DNA of 64,000 nucleotides from a virus: the IMG/VR virus record IMGVR_UViG_3300005805_000042; one strand, written 5' to 3'. A program made the position numbers and the translations under genes. The notes under the pieces were generated by a model. It was not told the origin of the DNA. It made no database searches and saw only the letters and a program-made list of their open reading frames with translations. Position 1 is the first letter of the stretch; every line of letters begins with the position of its first letter. Positions 54,831 through 63,999 of this stretch are shown in pieces.

Positions 54831-55232
54831 TTACATTCTTCTTTTGCGAAGTTTGTAAGGTCCGCCAAACATTTCTTTATATCTTTCCCAAAAATGTCTA
54901 TCACTACTATCTCTACCGAATTTCGCGTCGTCACTTCTTCCCTTACGGAACCATCTTTGGTCTGGATATTTTGAAATAAACTCATCGAAATCATCATATT
55001 CTTCTTCATCATAATCGAAGTCAAAATCTTTTACCATTCGTTCGTTTTTGTCGAAAAATCCATGACCATCAAGTCCCAAGTACATTTCGGGGTCTATTTT
55101 CTTATCTTCAGTGGTTTCTTCTTTTTTAACTTTAAGTCCGTTCATTTCATTACCAAAGGCAACACCCATACTCTCATAAAGAAATTGGATTCTATTTTTT
55201 TCTTCTTCGGTAATGATTAGTCTCTGTCCCAT
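54831..55232 (-). CDS. putative virion protein with leader MGQRLIITEEEKNRIQFLYE
   Basis: 133 aa; N-terminus shared with 43482..43772. Confidence 0.6.
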   Translation of the reverse strand: MGQRLIITEEEKNRIQFLYESMGVAFGNEMNGLKVKKEETTEDKKIDPEMYLGLDGHGFFDKNERMVKDFDFDYDEEEYDDFDEFISKYPDQRWFRKGRSDDAKFGRDSSDRHFWERYKEMFGGPYKLRKRRM

Positions 55233-55233
55233 A

Positions 55234-55764
55234 TTAGTTTTTTTTATTTATAAATAGTTTATAGTGTTCCTTTAGAACATTGTGTATTGTTTTTTTTAAC
55301 TGTTCCTCAACTATTTTATAGTCGAAATTATAAGTTTCTTTATCATCATATTCTGTGTCATCAGTGTCGTAGTCGAAATTTCCGGTATACCTATCAAATT
55401 TGAATTGTTTATGAACGGATTTTTCATCTGAACCCGAATATCTTTTCGTCCCATATTCAGTACCCGTTTCTTGAAAATTTTGACTCCATTCTACTTTATA
55501 CTGATTGTATTTTGGGTATTTTACATTCTCACCCGTTATCGGAACTCCATTGTTCAGATTATCAAGGTTTGCTTTAATTAACTCATAGATATCAAAAATT
55601 TCACTCGTATCTAAAGAGATATATTTGGCATACTTGTCCAACCAATCAGATAAGTCTGACAATTCTAAATCATCAAAATCTCCTGTAAGGTTTTGCCACT
55701 CATCAGGGAATTTTTTTATCAAAAAACTTATTTGTCGTAATTTTAATAAATCGGGGTCACTCAT
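55234..55764 (-). CDS. acidic hypothetical protein
   Basis: 176 aa; upstream TATTTATA. Confidence 0.6.
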   Translation of the reverse strand: MSDPDLLKLRQISFLIKKFPDEWQNLTGDFDDLELSDLSDWLDKYAKYISLDTSEIFDIYELIKANLDNLNNGVPITGENVKYPKYNQYKVEWSQNFQETGTEYGTKRYSGSDEKSVHKQFKFDRYTGNFDYDTDDTEYDDKETYNFDYKIVEEQLKKTIHNVLKEHYKLFINKKN

Positions 55765-56016
55765 ATGATATAAATACCATCATTTTTGTTGTTTTGCCCG
55801 AATCAAATTGGCAAAGATTTGTCCAAAGCAACACCCGAAAAGAAAAGACAGGATAAGACTGGGATATAATAAATTAAAAATTGCAAAAATTGTTCCCAAT
55901 AACATTAAAAAGTTATTATTAATCTCAATCCTCATCTTCTAAAGAATCACTAAAAGTGTTTTCATTTTTGATGTAGATATCTTCATCATCGTCAAGGTAA
56001 TCTTCATACATATCGA

Positions 56017-56292
56017 TTAAATTTGAAATAAATCTTCAATTTTACCATGTTCTTGGGAAAACCTCTCATTGAACCACTCACACATCAAAGGTTTAAAATT
56101 TTCCCAACTTAAATCAAGATACTTAGGTAAATCTTTTTGAGATTTTGGAATCCACAAAATGTGTTCGGTTTTGATAAACTCCTCCAATATATCATTAGGA
56201 TTAGTTGAAAAACCAGGCAAAATAGACCTATCAACAGGATAATTAGGGATAAATTTTAAATCCAAATATGTAAAAACAACTTCTTTTCTCAT
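56017..56292 (-). CDS. hypothetical protein
   Basis: 91 aa ORF. Confidence 0.55.
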   Translation of the reverse strand: MRKEVVFTYLDLKFIPNYPVDRSILPGFSTNPNDILEEFIKTEHILWIPKSQKDLPKYLDLSWENFKPLMCEWFNERFSQEHGKIEDLFQI

Positions 56293-56567
56293 TACTTAAC
56301 TAACGATTCAAAATAATTCAATGTATCAACCAAAGATAAGTTAGAATTAATTGAAACTATTGTCTCATGTCCATCATCTACAGGTTTTTTCACTTTTGTC
56401 TCGGTTATAGTTGTCTGAGTATCGATAACCATATTAATATTGAAACCTTTCCAAATTACATTTACATTAACTTTATTATTATCTGAACTAATCATCTCAA
56501 TACGGTTACAACCATGTTTTTCACACCAACTAAGAACAGTGGTAAAAGGGGCAGCACTAAAATTCAT
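56292..56567 (-). CDS. hypothetical protein
   Basis: 91 aa ORF. Confidence 0.55.
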   Translation of the reverse strand: MNFSAAPFTTVLSWCEKHGCNRIEMISSDNNKVNVNVIWKGFNINMVIDTQTTITETKVKKPVDDGHETIVSINSNLSLVDTLNYFESLVK

Positions 56568-56680
56568 AATTTAAATTTCTTTTTTTTAATTCTTGTTCCA
56601 TTAATTGTTTCCCAACCGAAGATGACCAACTAGTAATCCCTCTCGAAAGTAATTCGCGATAAGATTCGATAAGCTCATCG

Positions 56681-56989
56681 TCAGTTAGATGTTTCATCTT
56701 TTTTCTTAAAAAATAAAAATTGAAAAATCTTACCTCTTACATTTTCCATTTTCTTCATCGCAAACCACTTCCCAATCACACTACCTGAAATATAAAATGG
56801 TATAATCAAAAAATCACCTGAAAGTAATCCCTCAATCGAATAAAATACCGAAGCTAAACTCACCAAATTAATCCATACCGAATTCATCAGTAGTGGTACC
56901 AATTTATCTTCAAAGGTAAACTTTATCTCCAAAGTTTTGAAAATATTAAAAAGAAACTGAAAGACAAATACAATTAGATAGTTCAACAT
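56681..56989 (-). CDS. 3-TM membrane protein
   Basis: Hydrophobic helices; FYISGSVIGKWFAM. Confidence 0.6.
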   Translation of the reverse strand: MLNYLIVFVFQFLFNIFKTLEIKFTFEDKLVPLLMNSVWINLVSLASVFYSIEGLLSGDFLIIPFYISGSVIGKWFAMKKMENVRGKIFQFLFFKKKDETSN

Positions 56990-57043
56990 ACATCAAATAT
57001 AAACTAAACTAACCAAACAAACAAATATTTATCTTAAAGGAAT

Positions 57044-57823
57044 ATGGAAAGATTTTTAAATAATGTTAGAGGCATTAGACTTTGGTTTTTATTGAAATTT
57101 GGTATCTCTTACCAAGATAAAACTATTGATAAATTTGAAATGGTACAAGAATGGGATTTTACCAAATTAGATTTACCTACTTTGTCCCAAGATTTTAGAT
57201 TTCAACCCCCATGGGGTGAAAAGGTGAACAAAAACCATACTTGTAGGTTCGATGTTAATAATATAAAGTTAACATCAGAAGGAATCGAGTTTTGGAACAC
57301 AAGAAACTCTGACCCTCAAACCCCATACAACGCAGGTACCATTATTTCAAGAAACCCAACTTCAATACCAACATTTGGAAGAATAGAAACCAAAGTTTAT
57401 ATTCCAAGATTCGAGGGTCAGTGGACCGCATTTTGGACAACAGACAAAGAAGCTACAATGCCCGAATTCGATGTGTTTGAATATATGTGGGGTGTAGATG
57501 GAGAGGAGACAATTGCTGGTAATGTACACTATGGTACTTCGTATAAATCAAAAAAATGGAAATTTGATTCACCTTCAAAATATAAAATACCATCAGAATC
57601 TTACAAAAAACCAATCAAATTTGTTTGTGAATTTTATCCGAACAAAACAATTTATTACATCAACAACATTAAAGTTTGGGAAAGTGTTAGAGGATATACC
57701 CCAAATAACAAACTTATTTGGTTGGGTGGTGGGACTCACTATCAAGGTCCCTTGGGTGATGGACCTTGGTTGAGTATGAAATCATCTTATCTTAGATACT
57801 ATAAATTAAAAGATTCAATTTAG
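57044..57823 (+). CDS. glycoside hydrolase family 16-like protein
   Basis: FGRIETKV, GQWTAFW and MPEFDVFE (ExDxxE catalytic motif). Confidence 0.8.
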   Translation: MERFLNNVRGIRLWFLLKFGISYQDKTIDKFEMVQEWDFTKLDLPTLSQDFRFQPPWGEKVNKNHTCRFDVNNIKLTSEGIEFWNTRNSDPQTPYNAGTIISRNPTSIPTFGRIETKVYIPRFEGQWTAFWTTDKEATMPEFDVFEYMWGVDGEETIAGNVHYGTSYKSKKWKFDSPSKYKIPSESYKKPIKFVCEFYPNKTIYYINNIKVWESVRGYTPNNKLIWLGGGTHYQGPLGDGPWLSMKSSYLRYYKLKDSI

Positions 57824-57825
57824 AA

Positions 57826-58494
57826 CTACTTAATAAATTTTGATAGCTTTGGATTTTTTTTATGCAATTTTCCCCTGAGGTTGATATCCAAAATTTTAAA
57901 GGTGGGGGACTTTTTGTAACTAATTTCGTAACTAAAATTAGTTACAAGGGGTTTGACACGAATTGCATGAATTAAATCTTTAACAGTGACCTCTTTTTCT
58001 TGGTGAGTTATTGTTAGACTTCTAATATTGGTTTTGATTTCCGCAATTTTAGGGTTCAAAATTTCTGATTTTTCCCGATATAACGGATTTTCACATTGAA
58101 TAATAATAGATGAAACCGAAATAAATGGTGGATTCTTTTCTCTCCATTCGTAAGTAGGTTTTTTCATACCCATATACTTTAAAATTTTACTCACCTCATC
58201 ATTAAAACTTTTTTTAAACCTCTCTATATTAGTGTGTGCAATAAGAGCACTTTTATGATTGTTAGAAAAAATTTTGACCCAATCTACTTTGATATTTGCA
58301 CTATAATATATTCTAACACAATTTTGTTCAGATTCTGTTAAGGTGAATATCTTATTTTGTGGATGTAATTTAATTATAATAGTATCTTTTAATTTGTAAT
58401 AAGCACTTGGGGGTAGAATTTCCCGAGCTTTGTCTCTTAAGAGTCTCGTGAGTATTTTTTTAACTCGACTATGTTTAAGATTGTTTGCCTTCAT
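57826..58494 (-). CDS. basic hypothetical protein
   Basis: 222 aa ORF. Confidence 0.5.
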   Translation of the reverse strand: MKANNLKHSRVKKILTRLLRDKAREILPPSAYYKLKDTIIIKLHPQNKIFTLTESEQNCVRIYYSANIKVDWVKIFSNNHKSALIAHTNIERFKKSFNDEVSKILKYMGMKKPTYEWREKNPPFISVSSIIIQCENPLYREKSEILNPKIAEIKTNIRSLTITHQEKEVTVKDLIHAIRVKPLVTNFSYEISYKKSPTFKILDINLRGKLHKKNPKLSKFIK

Positions 58495-58500
58495 AAAAAA

Positions 58501-58749
58501 TTAAGATTTGACAATTCTTGCATCTTTGAAAGAACCTGTATCTATGAATTCATTATTAAGATAATCAATTACATCTTGCATGGTTTCCACTTCATTATCA
58601 GATAATCTAATTGCTAAAGCAGTGCCTGAGGCCAATACCATTGCTAATATGTCGGGCGACAAATCTTGCTCGGAGTTTTGATTTACTTGAATTTTCGATA
58701 AACCATCAGTTATAGTAACCATAACCTCTACTTTATATGTTTCTTCCAT
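58501..58749 (-). CDS. hypothetical protein
   Basis: 82 aa ORF. Confidence 0.55.
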   Translation of the reverse strand: MEETYKVEVMVTITDGLSKIQVNQNSEQDLSPDILAMVLASGTALAIRLSDNEVETMQDVIDYLNNEFIDTGSFKDARIVKS

Positions 58750-58790
58750 TTTTCAAAGATACTCTTTTTAATTTACAATTACAAAAAAAT

Positions 58791-59507
58791 TTAAAAATTA
58801 GCATTACAGTTGTATTTTACATCAAAAGAATTCCCCTGACAAGACACTAAATAAGGACTTAATTTTTGTAAATCGTAATTGTCAAACCATTTTTCAAATA
58901 AAGGTTCTGAAATCCCCTGAGATAGGTAATGTTCGTGGTCTTCTTTCAGTATTTTTTCCTTATAACTAACAAACCCAAATCCTAAATATGTTTCAGGATT
59001 ACTACTACCGTGAAAGTTACTAGTCATTTTCCAACCATCACTAATTTGCTCGAAAGTTTTTTCGAACATGGCTTTCACATTATTTGTTGTCCCACCAATT
59101 AGATGGTCCGAAATATGAAAATAATTACCTTGATACCCTCTATAATAAATGTCACTACAGATAATCTGTTCTTTTTTATATTTCATTTCCCTTACAAATC
59201 TGTGAAGATTGGAATAAAACTCATCACCACGAGCTTTAATCAAATATTCAGTATTAACATATGGAAATGCATTAGTGGTAGATTGGATTTGAAATTGAAG
59301 TGACGATATGTCAATTGTTTTTTGTGGTTGAGGTAAAATTAAAAAAGACCATTTTTTTGGGATAGATGAAATATTAATTTGGTTGTCATGTCCATCCACT
59401 TTTGTCCAAGTAGAAACAACAACATTCCAATCAAAATAGGTGTCAACCCACCGTTTTAAACACGCAGGATTGATTCTTCCTTGTAAAATTATGGTTACAT
59501 CATCCAT
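58791..59507 (-). CDS. WavE-like lipopolysaccharide synthesis protein
   Basis: VTIILQG, VVVSTW, QIQST, LIKARGDE, ISDHLIGG and PETYLG. Confidence 0.7.
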   Translation of the reverse strand: MDDVTIILQGRINPACLKRWVDTYFDWNVVVSTWTKVDGHDNQINISSIPKKWSFLILPQPQKTIDISSLQFQIQSTTNAFPYVNTEYLIKARGDEFYSNLHRFVREMKYKKEQIICSDIYYRGYQGNYFHISDHLIGGTTNNVKAMFEKTFEQISDGWKMTSNFHGSSNPETYLGFGFVSYKEKILKEDHEHYLSQGISEPLFEKWFDNYDLQKLSPYLVSCQGNSFDVKYNCNANF

Positions 59508-60410
59508 TTAAAAAAATTCGTTCAGAAACCTAACTTTATCATTATGATAAAAAATCATAGGAGGATAGTCAATCGGAATTTCTCCAGGTCCACTCCTATC
59601 GGGATTCAATATAGATGAAACATATTTTTGTAAATTTTGGGTGACAACATTATCTTCCTCAATAAAATTTTCACGACTTGAGTGTTTTTTTTGAATACCA
59701 ATAGAAATTCTATCACATATCCACATATCCGATGCCATGGTTAACCAATAAGAAATTTTATCATTTTGATGAGCCGCCAAAAAATCAAAATGTAATTTTT
59801 TGTCTTCCCCGATAATCATTTCTTTATCATAACGAAAATCTATCTCGGTAATTTTTTTAGAAAAAAGTACAAACCTAGCATAATTGGCAATAGAAATACC
59901 ATCTACAATAGGGTCTCTACCTAATTGACCAACCCACGAATGCATATCAGCATAATTAGTACCCCATAGTTGAGTATAAAGACCATTATTTAATTTGTGC
60001 ATACCATCCTCGTAATTTTCAACAATAACATCTAATGGAATTGTTGATAGAACATCGGTATTGGGATATTTTTTCAAATGTCTTTCAACTTGAGTTAAAA
60101 AAGTGGGATAAAACAAATCATCGCCATCAAGTTGTGCCAAGTGAGTAAAATCTGATTTTTTGAAAACATCAAACACAGCATTTTTACCCGTCGAAGGTGT
60201 ACCATCGGATTCAGTCACAGAGTACTGAATATTGTTAGATTCACAAAATTCAACAATTCCATCAATAAATTCTTGGTCCAAACTATTAATTACAACATGA
60301 ACCCCATAGAGTAAATTATGATTGAGTTGATGGAATGAACTACGAATTGCTCTTATCGCCCTCCAAAGGTCTTCACTAACTAAAGGACACATTAAAATTT
60401 TTGTCTGCAT
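59508..60410 (-). CDS. GT-A (GT2-like) glycosyltransferase
   Basis: ESDGTPSTGKN, LDGDD and IIGEDKK. Confidence 0.75.
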   Translation of the reverse strand: MQTKILMCPLVSEDLWRAIRAIRSSFHQLNHNLLYGVHVVINSLDQEFIDGIVEFCESNNIQYSVTESDGTPSTGKNAVFDVFKKSDFTHLAQLDGDDLFYPTFLTQVERHLKKYPNTDVLSTIPLDVIVENYEDGMHKLNNGLYTQLWGTNYADMHSWVGQLGRDPIVDGISIANYARFVLFSKKITEIDFRYDKEMIIGEDKKLHFDFLAAHQNDKISYWLTMASDMWICDRISIGIQKKHSSRENFIEEDNVVTQNLQKYVSSILNPDRSGPGEIPIDYPPMIFYHNDKVRFLNEFF

Positions 60411-60455
60411 GGAATAAAAATAAACTAAAAGGGTTTATTCTAAATACCAACTACT

Positions 60456-60842
60456 TTAACTCTGACCACTAACAATAAATCCGAAGGATTCATTTTTGAA
60501 TAGCCACATATTAATAAAATACCCATCAATATAACATTCCAAATACCCAATAACACTCCTGTTGAATTTATTCATTTTTGATTCATTACCTTCCTCTTTC
60601 AAAAAATTCATATAAGGTTTGTTTGCTTTGAAAACAATACACTTAGATGTGGTATCTGATTCCATTAGGTCCATTACCCTATACATTTTACGGGGGGTTA
60701 AAGAAAATTCATTCCACCTTATCCCTTCGTCATCGAAAAAAGTGGAGTCAGTACCAGCAAACATTATGTGTAAAGCCTGTTCTTTGTTTTGGGAAAAAAG
60801 TGAAATGGATAAAACCATTAATAGTATAAAAATGTTTTTCAT
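60456..60842 (-). CDS. secreted hypothetical protein
   Basis: Signal peptide MKNIFILLMVLSISLFS. Confidence 0.55.
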   Translation of the reverse strand: MKNIFILLMVLSISLFSQNKEQALHIMFAGTDSTFFDDEGIRWNEFSLTPRKMYRVMDLMESDTTSKCIVFKANKPYMNFLKEEGNESKMNKFNRSVIGYLECYIDGYFINMWLFKNESFGFIVSGQS

Positions 60843-61192
60843 AAGTTTAAATGTTTTCTGTAATTTTTTAATAATGAATTAATGTTATCTCTCCCGACAG
60901 GATTGGCAGATTGAATATCCCAATCAGGTACATCAATTTCACCATTTTCCATGCAGTAATTAACCAACCATTTAGCGGCATCATAACCCGTTCCATTTTT
61001 ATCCTCACCCAAGTCATGGTCAAAGAAAATCTTATCAGGTAAACCAAACTCATTGATGTAATCAACAAACATCGGAAATTCTTTTACCCAAATAAGAGTA
61101 TCCACAGATTTGTCTAACTCAGAAATATAATGGTCATACCAAACGCTTTGGTTTGGGTCACGAAGGTCGTCTAACCAAAGATAAGTTTTCAT
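60839..61192 (-). CDS. cyclic-phosphate-processing receiver-like domain (cREC)
   Basis: WLDDLR, FFDHDLGE, TGYDAAKWL and SANPVG. Confidence 0.8.
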   Translation of the reverse strand: MKTYLWLDDLRDPNQSVWYDHYISELDKSVDTLIWVKEFPMFVDYINEFGLPDKIFFDHDLGEDKNGTGYDAAKWLVNYCMENGEIDVPDWDIQSANPVGRDNINSLLKNYRKHLNL

Positions 61193-61345
61193 ACCCTAAA
61201 GATAATAAAAAACCCCCACTTAAAAAAGAGGGGGGATTAAAAGTTATTCATAAATTTTTTTAAATCTCCATAGAGTCATCTTTACTTTCAATATTAGATT
61301 TATCATCACTGAGTCCAACAAGAATGAGAGAATCTAAAGTAATGT

Positions 61346-61639
61346 TTAACAATCGTTGATTGTCTCTTCATAAATTTTTCTAAAATTTTCCAATTTGTCT
61401 TGTAAAACAGTAGAGAAAATTGCGTAATTATTTCCATCGATTCCAACTGATTCTAATCCTGAAACAAATTCTTCCCAAACCCATTCCATGTAATGGTCTA
61501 TGGAGTCAGCATAACAAGGACTGACATTTTCGGCAACTGAATCGAATATTTTATCGATAAGGGGTAACCTTCTTCTTACACTCAGTGAGACATTGGACTC
61601 CTCTCTCAATATTTTTTTAATTGATTGATGTAAGTCCAT
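61346..61639 (-). CDS. hypothetical protein with leader MDLHQSIKKILREE
   Basis: 97 aa; upstream TATTTAT. Confidence 0.6.
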   Translation of the reverse strand: MDLHQSIKKILREESNVSLSVRRRLPLIDKIFDSVAENVSPCYADSIDHYMEWVWEEFVSGLESVGIDGNNYAIFSTVLQDKLENFRKIYEETINDC

Positions 61640-61751
61640 AAGGATAAATAGTTAAAGTGGTAAAAATCGACCATTTTAAAACACTAAAACCCTCCGAGGT
61701 GGGAAATCTCCCTCTTTCAGTCAAAACTTTTAATTGTCAATTGATACTTCA

Positions 61752-62486
61752 TCAGATTTTTTTATTGACAATCAAAGTTAAATTGTCACCATGAGGTAAT
61801 GGAACACCAATTACTGGTGTGCCAAATTCTTTATTGAGCCACTCTTTTAGATAGTCAGGATAAACCGTTTCGAAGTAATCATGAAGAGCAATAACATATT
61901 CTTTATCCAAGAATGGTTTTAAGGCGTAAAGGTCTTTCATTACTTGTTCGGAAAAATGTCCGGCGTCCAAGAAAACAAAATCAATCTTTTCTGTGGTGTG
62001 TTGAGCAATAACCGAACCCGTATCATCAGGGCTCCAACCAACAGTCGGAGTCACGACTTTTTGTAATCTAAAATGTTCAATCAGATAATTGACAGACTTC
62101 CAACCATTCATTTCATAATAAGTTTGGTAGTTAGCCCCATCATACCTATGGTCTTGAAGATTTTCTTCAATGTATGCGTCCATGGTAATCAACTTTCCTC
62201 CCGTTTGTTTGAATCCCAAACCCAAGGCAGTGGCACTCACCCCAAAGGCTGTCGCTAATTCAAAACCATTTTTCAAATTATACTTAATGATTGTTTCTTT
62301 TAAAAATTCAAACTCTCTTTGTCGGATTGAAACTGGAAAGTTGTGTCCAATCATGTTCATATTGTGGGAGCGGACATATCCTGGATTACTGTCATCCCAC
62401 AATCCAACAAATCGATACTGAACGGGTCCCCACTTTAATTGAGAAATCTCTATGGTGTCAAAGTTTAATGTTACTTCGTATTTCAA
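61752..62486 (-). CDS. class I SAM-dependent methyltransferase (Methyltransf_24-like)
   Basis: FELATAFGVS, DFVFLDAGH and IALHDY. Confidence 0.8.
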   Translation of the reverse strand: MKYEVTLNFDTIEISQLKWGPVQYRFVGLWDDSNPGYVRSHNMNMIGHNFPVSIRQREFEFLKETIIKYNLKNGFELATAFGVSATALGLGFKQTGGKLITMDAYIEENLQDHRYDGANYQTYYEMNGWKSVNYLIEHFRLQKVVTPTVGWSPDDTGSVIAQHTTEKIDFVFLDAGHFSEQVMKDLYALKPFLDKEYVIALHDYFETVYPDYLKEWLNKEFGTPVIGVPLPHGDNLTLIVNKKI

Positions 62487-62628
62487 TTTTTTTAATTACT
62501 TATCCAAAGGTATAACAAAAAAATCAAACTACCAAATTAAAAATATAAGTAAGTAAAATTAACTTCAACACCATAGAGCTTTCTCATCCAAGAGTTAAGA
62601 ATTTTATCTATTTGACTTGCGGTCATTA

Positions 62629-63222
62629 TTAAGTTTTTTTAACACAATTAGGATATCTTTTTCCAAACATTGTCTTCATACCTTTTTTTTCATATCCTGC
62701 CCAACATTTTTCTGTTAACTCACCTTCGTTTTGTTCTTGTCTTTGTAGTTGTATTGTTTTTTGTTTTGACTTTTCTTTTTCATTCTCAATATAATCAAGA
62801 CCCCTTTTTAATCTTTTCTTTGTTTCGGGGTCCTTAGTGTTTTGATATGCAGCTCTAACTCTTTGGTGAATTAAATTAATAATTTGGGATTGTCTTTTGT
62901 GTGATTTTGATTTGAAACTTTCTTTGTTTAAAGTGTCAACAATATCTTCTTTTGTTCTGAACTTAACCGACACTGTATCACTTGGATTTTCGTCGGTGTA
63001 CAATCTTCTACCTGACCCTTCAGGCTTTTTTCCGGTTCCAACCTTTGGGTCCGTATCTTCAACCGTTTCTCTACTGTAGGGTCGAAATCTTAAAGGATTA
63101 TATTTGATTGCGGTTTTTGGAAACCTTAATCCGCTGCCTTGTTTCCTGGCATTTTTCAGTGTTCTGGAATATTCTTCAAGCTCCTCCCTTAAAATTCTTT
63201 TGATTGTTTCTTTGAGGTTCAT
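62629..63222 (-). CDS. modular putative virion protein
   Basis: Leader MNLKETIKRILREE; GTGKKPEGSGRRLYTDENP and KCWAGY...PNCVKK motifs common in large-phage head-associated proteins. Confidence 0.6.
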   Translation of the reverse strand: MNLKETIKRILREELEEYSRTLKNARKQGSGLRFPKTAIKYNPLRFRPYSRETVEDTDPKVGTGKKPEGSGRRLYTDENPSDTVSVKFRTKEDIVDTLNKESFKSKSHKRQSQIINLIHQRVRAAYQNTKDPETKKRLKRGLDYIENEKEKSKQKTIQLQRQEQNEGELTEKCWAGYEKKGMKTMFGKRYPNCVKKT

Positions 63223-63223
63223 A

Positions 63224-63745
63224 TTAATCCAACCATTTAGCGTTTAGTCCGATATACACATTAGGTTGTATAAATCCGTCAGGGAATTCAATAAATGTTT
63301 GTATTGTTCTATGCCACCCTTCACCTAATTCATATTTACCATCTTTGGTTTTAAATAAAATAATTGGTTCTTCGGAAATCCCCTTACTTTTTAATAATGA
63401 TTTTTGTATTTCGTGTCTTTCGATATCTTTACCAACATCTTGTCTTATTTTACCCCTAATCCTACTTTTTAACTCTTTTTTTGTTTTATCGGTAAATATA
63501 TTCATTGATATTGGGAAATCTTTTTGTAATTCCCATTCCATGTCTTTAAGTTGACTATCAATCCAATCTTGAATACCTTCAGCAGACCCTTCTTTATTAA
63601 ATTTATAGACCCAATCTTTTATTACATAATCAGGAAAATTTGGGAGTTGTCGTCTCAAATAATTCAAAAGACCTTCCCTTGTTTCGATAAGAATCCCCAT
63701 TACTTCCTTAATCCTAATAATGTTCTCTTGCAGGTTCATTTTCAT
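63224..63745 (-). CDS. protein with ParB-like domain
   Basis: EPIIL and YELGEGWHR; leader MNLQENIIRIKEVM. Confidence 0.6.
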   Translation of the reverse strand: MKMNLQENIIRIKEVMGILIETREGLLNYLRRQLPNFPDYVIKDWVYKFNKEGSAEGIQDWIDSQLKDMEWELQKDFPISMNIFTDKTKKELKSRIRGKIRQDVGKDIERHEIQKSLLKSKGISEEPIILFKTKDGKYELGEGWHRTIQTFIEFPDGFIQPNVYIGLNAKWLD

Positions 63746-63999
63746 GCTGGTTTCACATTTTTGGGGTCAAATACAATAAATTGCTTTGAGGTAACGGCAT
63801 ACTCATCTGCAGTATCGTTCCAAGTATCAGTATCAATGATAATACCATCATAACCAGCATTCATTAAAGCATTCATAAGAACATCTCGTCCAGCTCCTTT
63901 AGCTTTAATCAAATAATCATTCCAGAAGTTTTTATAATACCTTGGGTTTTGAAGGTTGATATAGTATGGCAAACCTTCCCTTCTTTCATCCCTAACGGA
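63742..63999 (-). CDS. 5'-truncated protein ending in an ART-PolyVal-like (ADP-ribosyltransferase fold) domain
   Basis: Frame open to the window edge; PYYINLQNP, AGYDGII and FIVFDPKNVK. Confidence 0.5.
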   Translation of the reverse strand, partial: SVRDERREGLPYYINLQNPRYYKNFWNDYLIKAKGAGRDVLMNALMNAGYDGIIIDTDTWNDTADEYAVTSKQFIVFDPKNVKPA

